Shown here piece by piece: positions 24,634 through 25,346 of a stretch of DNA of 25,346 nt. The notes under the pieces are model-generated. The model saw only the letters and a list, made by a program, of their open reading frames with translations, was not told the DNA's origin and made no database searches. Location: the NCBI GenBank assembly GCA_964534375.1, contig CAZHPN010000079.1:1-25346 (forward strand), written 5' to 3'. Source of the stretch: an uncultured bacterium. Lineage in GTDB: Bacteria; Lernaellota; Lernaellaia; Lernaellales; Lernaellaceae. The first letter of the stretch is position 1. Each line of letters starts with the position of its first letter. The position numbers and the translations under genes are program-made.

Positions 24634-25346
24634 CTACGGGTTTGTGATCTTTTTCGGCCCGACGGTTTTCGCCACGGGCTCGGCGGTTGACGTTTCGCCC
24701 TCGACCGGGGCGGCGGCCGGCTCGGCGGGGCCGAGGGTTCGCTGCTCGACCGGCTGCGGCGTCGCAAGGCCGAGTTCGATCTCGAACTGTTTGAGCAACT
24801 CGTTGGCCTGCATCTTCTGCGCTTCCTTCTCGATTTCGAGGCCCGCCGCGTCAATGTTGTTGAGGGCCATTTCCATGCGCGCCTGATGCTTGGCCGATTC
24901 GCGGTTGATGCGGTCGATCATCTCGTCGTGGGTCTGGTCGATGCCGCCGACCTCGAACGACTCCATCGCGTCGGCGACGTGCTTTTCCCATTGGGCCTGC
25001 TTGTGCACGGCGACGGCGCGCTGCACCTCGTCGATCTTGCGTTTTTTCTCTTGCAGGAAGGCCTCCTTGACCTTGAGCGCTTTCTCGAACGACTCGCGGC
25101 TGACCTTCAGGTGCGCCTCGTCGCCGGCCACGTCCTGATTGAGCTGTTCGAGGGTCGTGGCGTAGGTCAGCGCGATGTCGCGGCGGCCGGCCTGCAGCGC
25201 CGCCTTGATGCGCGCCTTGACCTGTTCGACTTTTTCCTGCCGGTCCCGCTGCTTATTTTCGAGCAGCGTCACGTTGGCCTTGATCATTGCCAGCGACTCG
25301 TTCATCCGCGGCGCCTGGTCGTTCAGGTCGCGGATGTTTTGCTGCA
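24634..25346 (-). CDS. pspA: PspA/IM30 family protein (5'-partial, runs off the window)
   Basis: Frame open to the window edge (QQNIRDLNDQAPRMNES); long coiled coil; AALQAGRRDIA motif. Confidence 0.88.
   Translation of the reverse strand, partial: QQNIRDLNDQAPRMNESLAMIKANVTLLENKQRDRQEKVEQVKARIKAALQAGRRDIALTYATTLEQLNQDVAGDEAHLKVSRESFEKALKVKEAFLQEKKRKIDEVQRAVAVHKQAQWEKHVADAMESFEVGGIDQTHDEMIDRINRESAKHQARMEMALNNIDAAGLEIEKEAQKMQANELLKQFEIELGLATPQPVEQRTLGPAEPAAAPVEGETSTAEPVAKTVGPKKITNP

Overview
GC-rich diderm bacterial chromosomal window; gene style and Asp-rich linkers suggest a deltaproteobacteria-like lineage (inference only). Left to right: an outer-membrane beta-barrel, a secreted hypothetical protein, lptE-holA facing rpsT (no leuS), a small Cys-containing hypothetical gene, and an acyl-CoA dehydrogenase preceded by Rex-like and FadR/TetR-like palindromes. 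Then a DsrE2-TusA-DsrE sulfur-carrier operon, a secreted papain-family peptidase with an Asp/Asn repeat tail ending in GCGG, a NodU/CmcH carbamoyltransferase plus SxtJ-like gene, a MEMO1-family protein, a Kazal-domain protein and a GT-C glycosyltransferase. The right part holds a wza-wzc pair, a compositionally distinct ABC-type ATPase + DUF4276/TOPRIM-like two-gene module (best candidate for an uncharacterised defence system), tatBC, a TonB-C protein, a lipoprotein and a partial pspA. No rRNA, tRNA, CRISPR array or transposase was recognised. All family calls come from motif recognition by eye; no searches were run.
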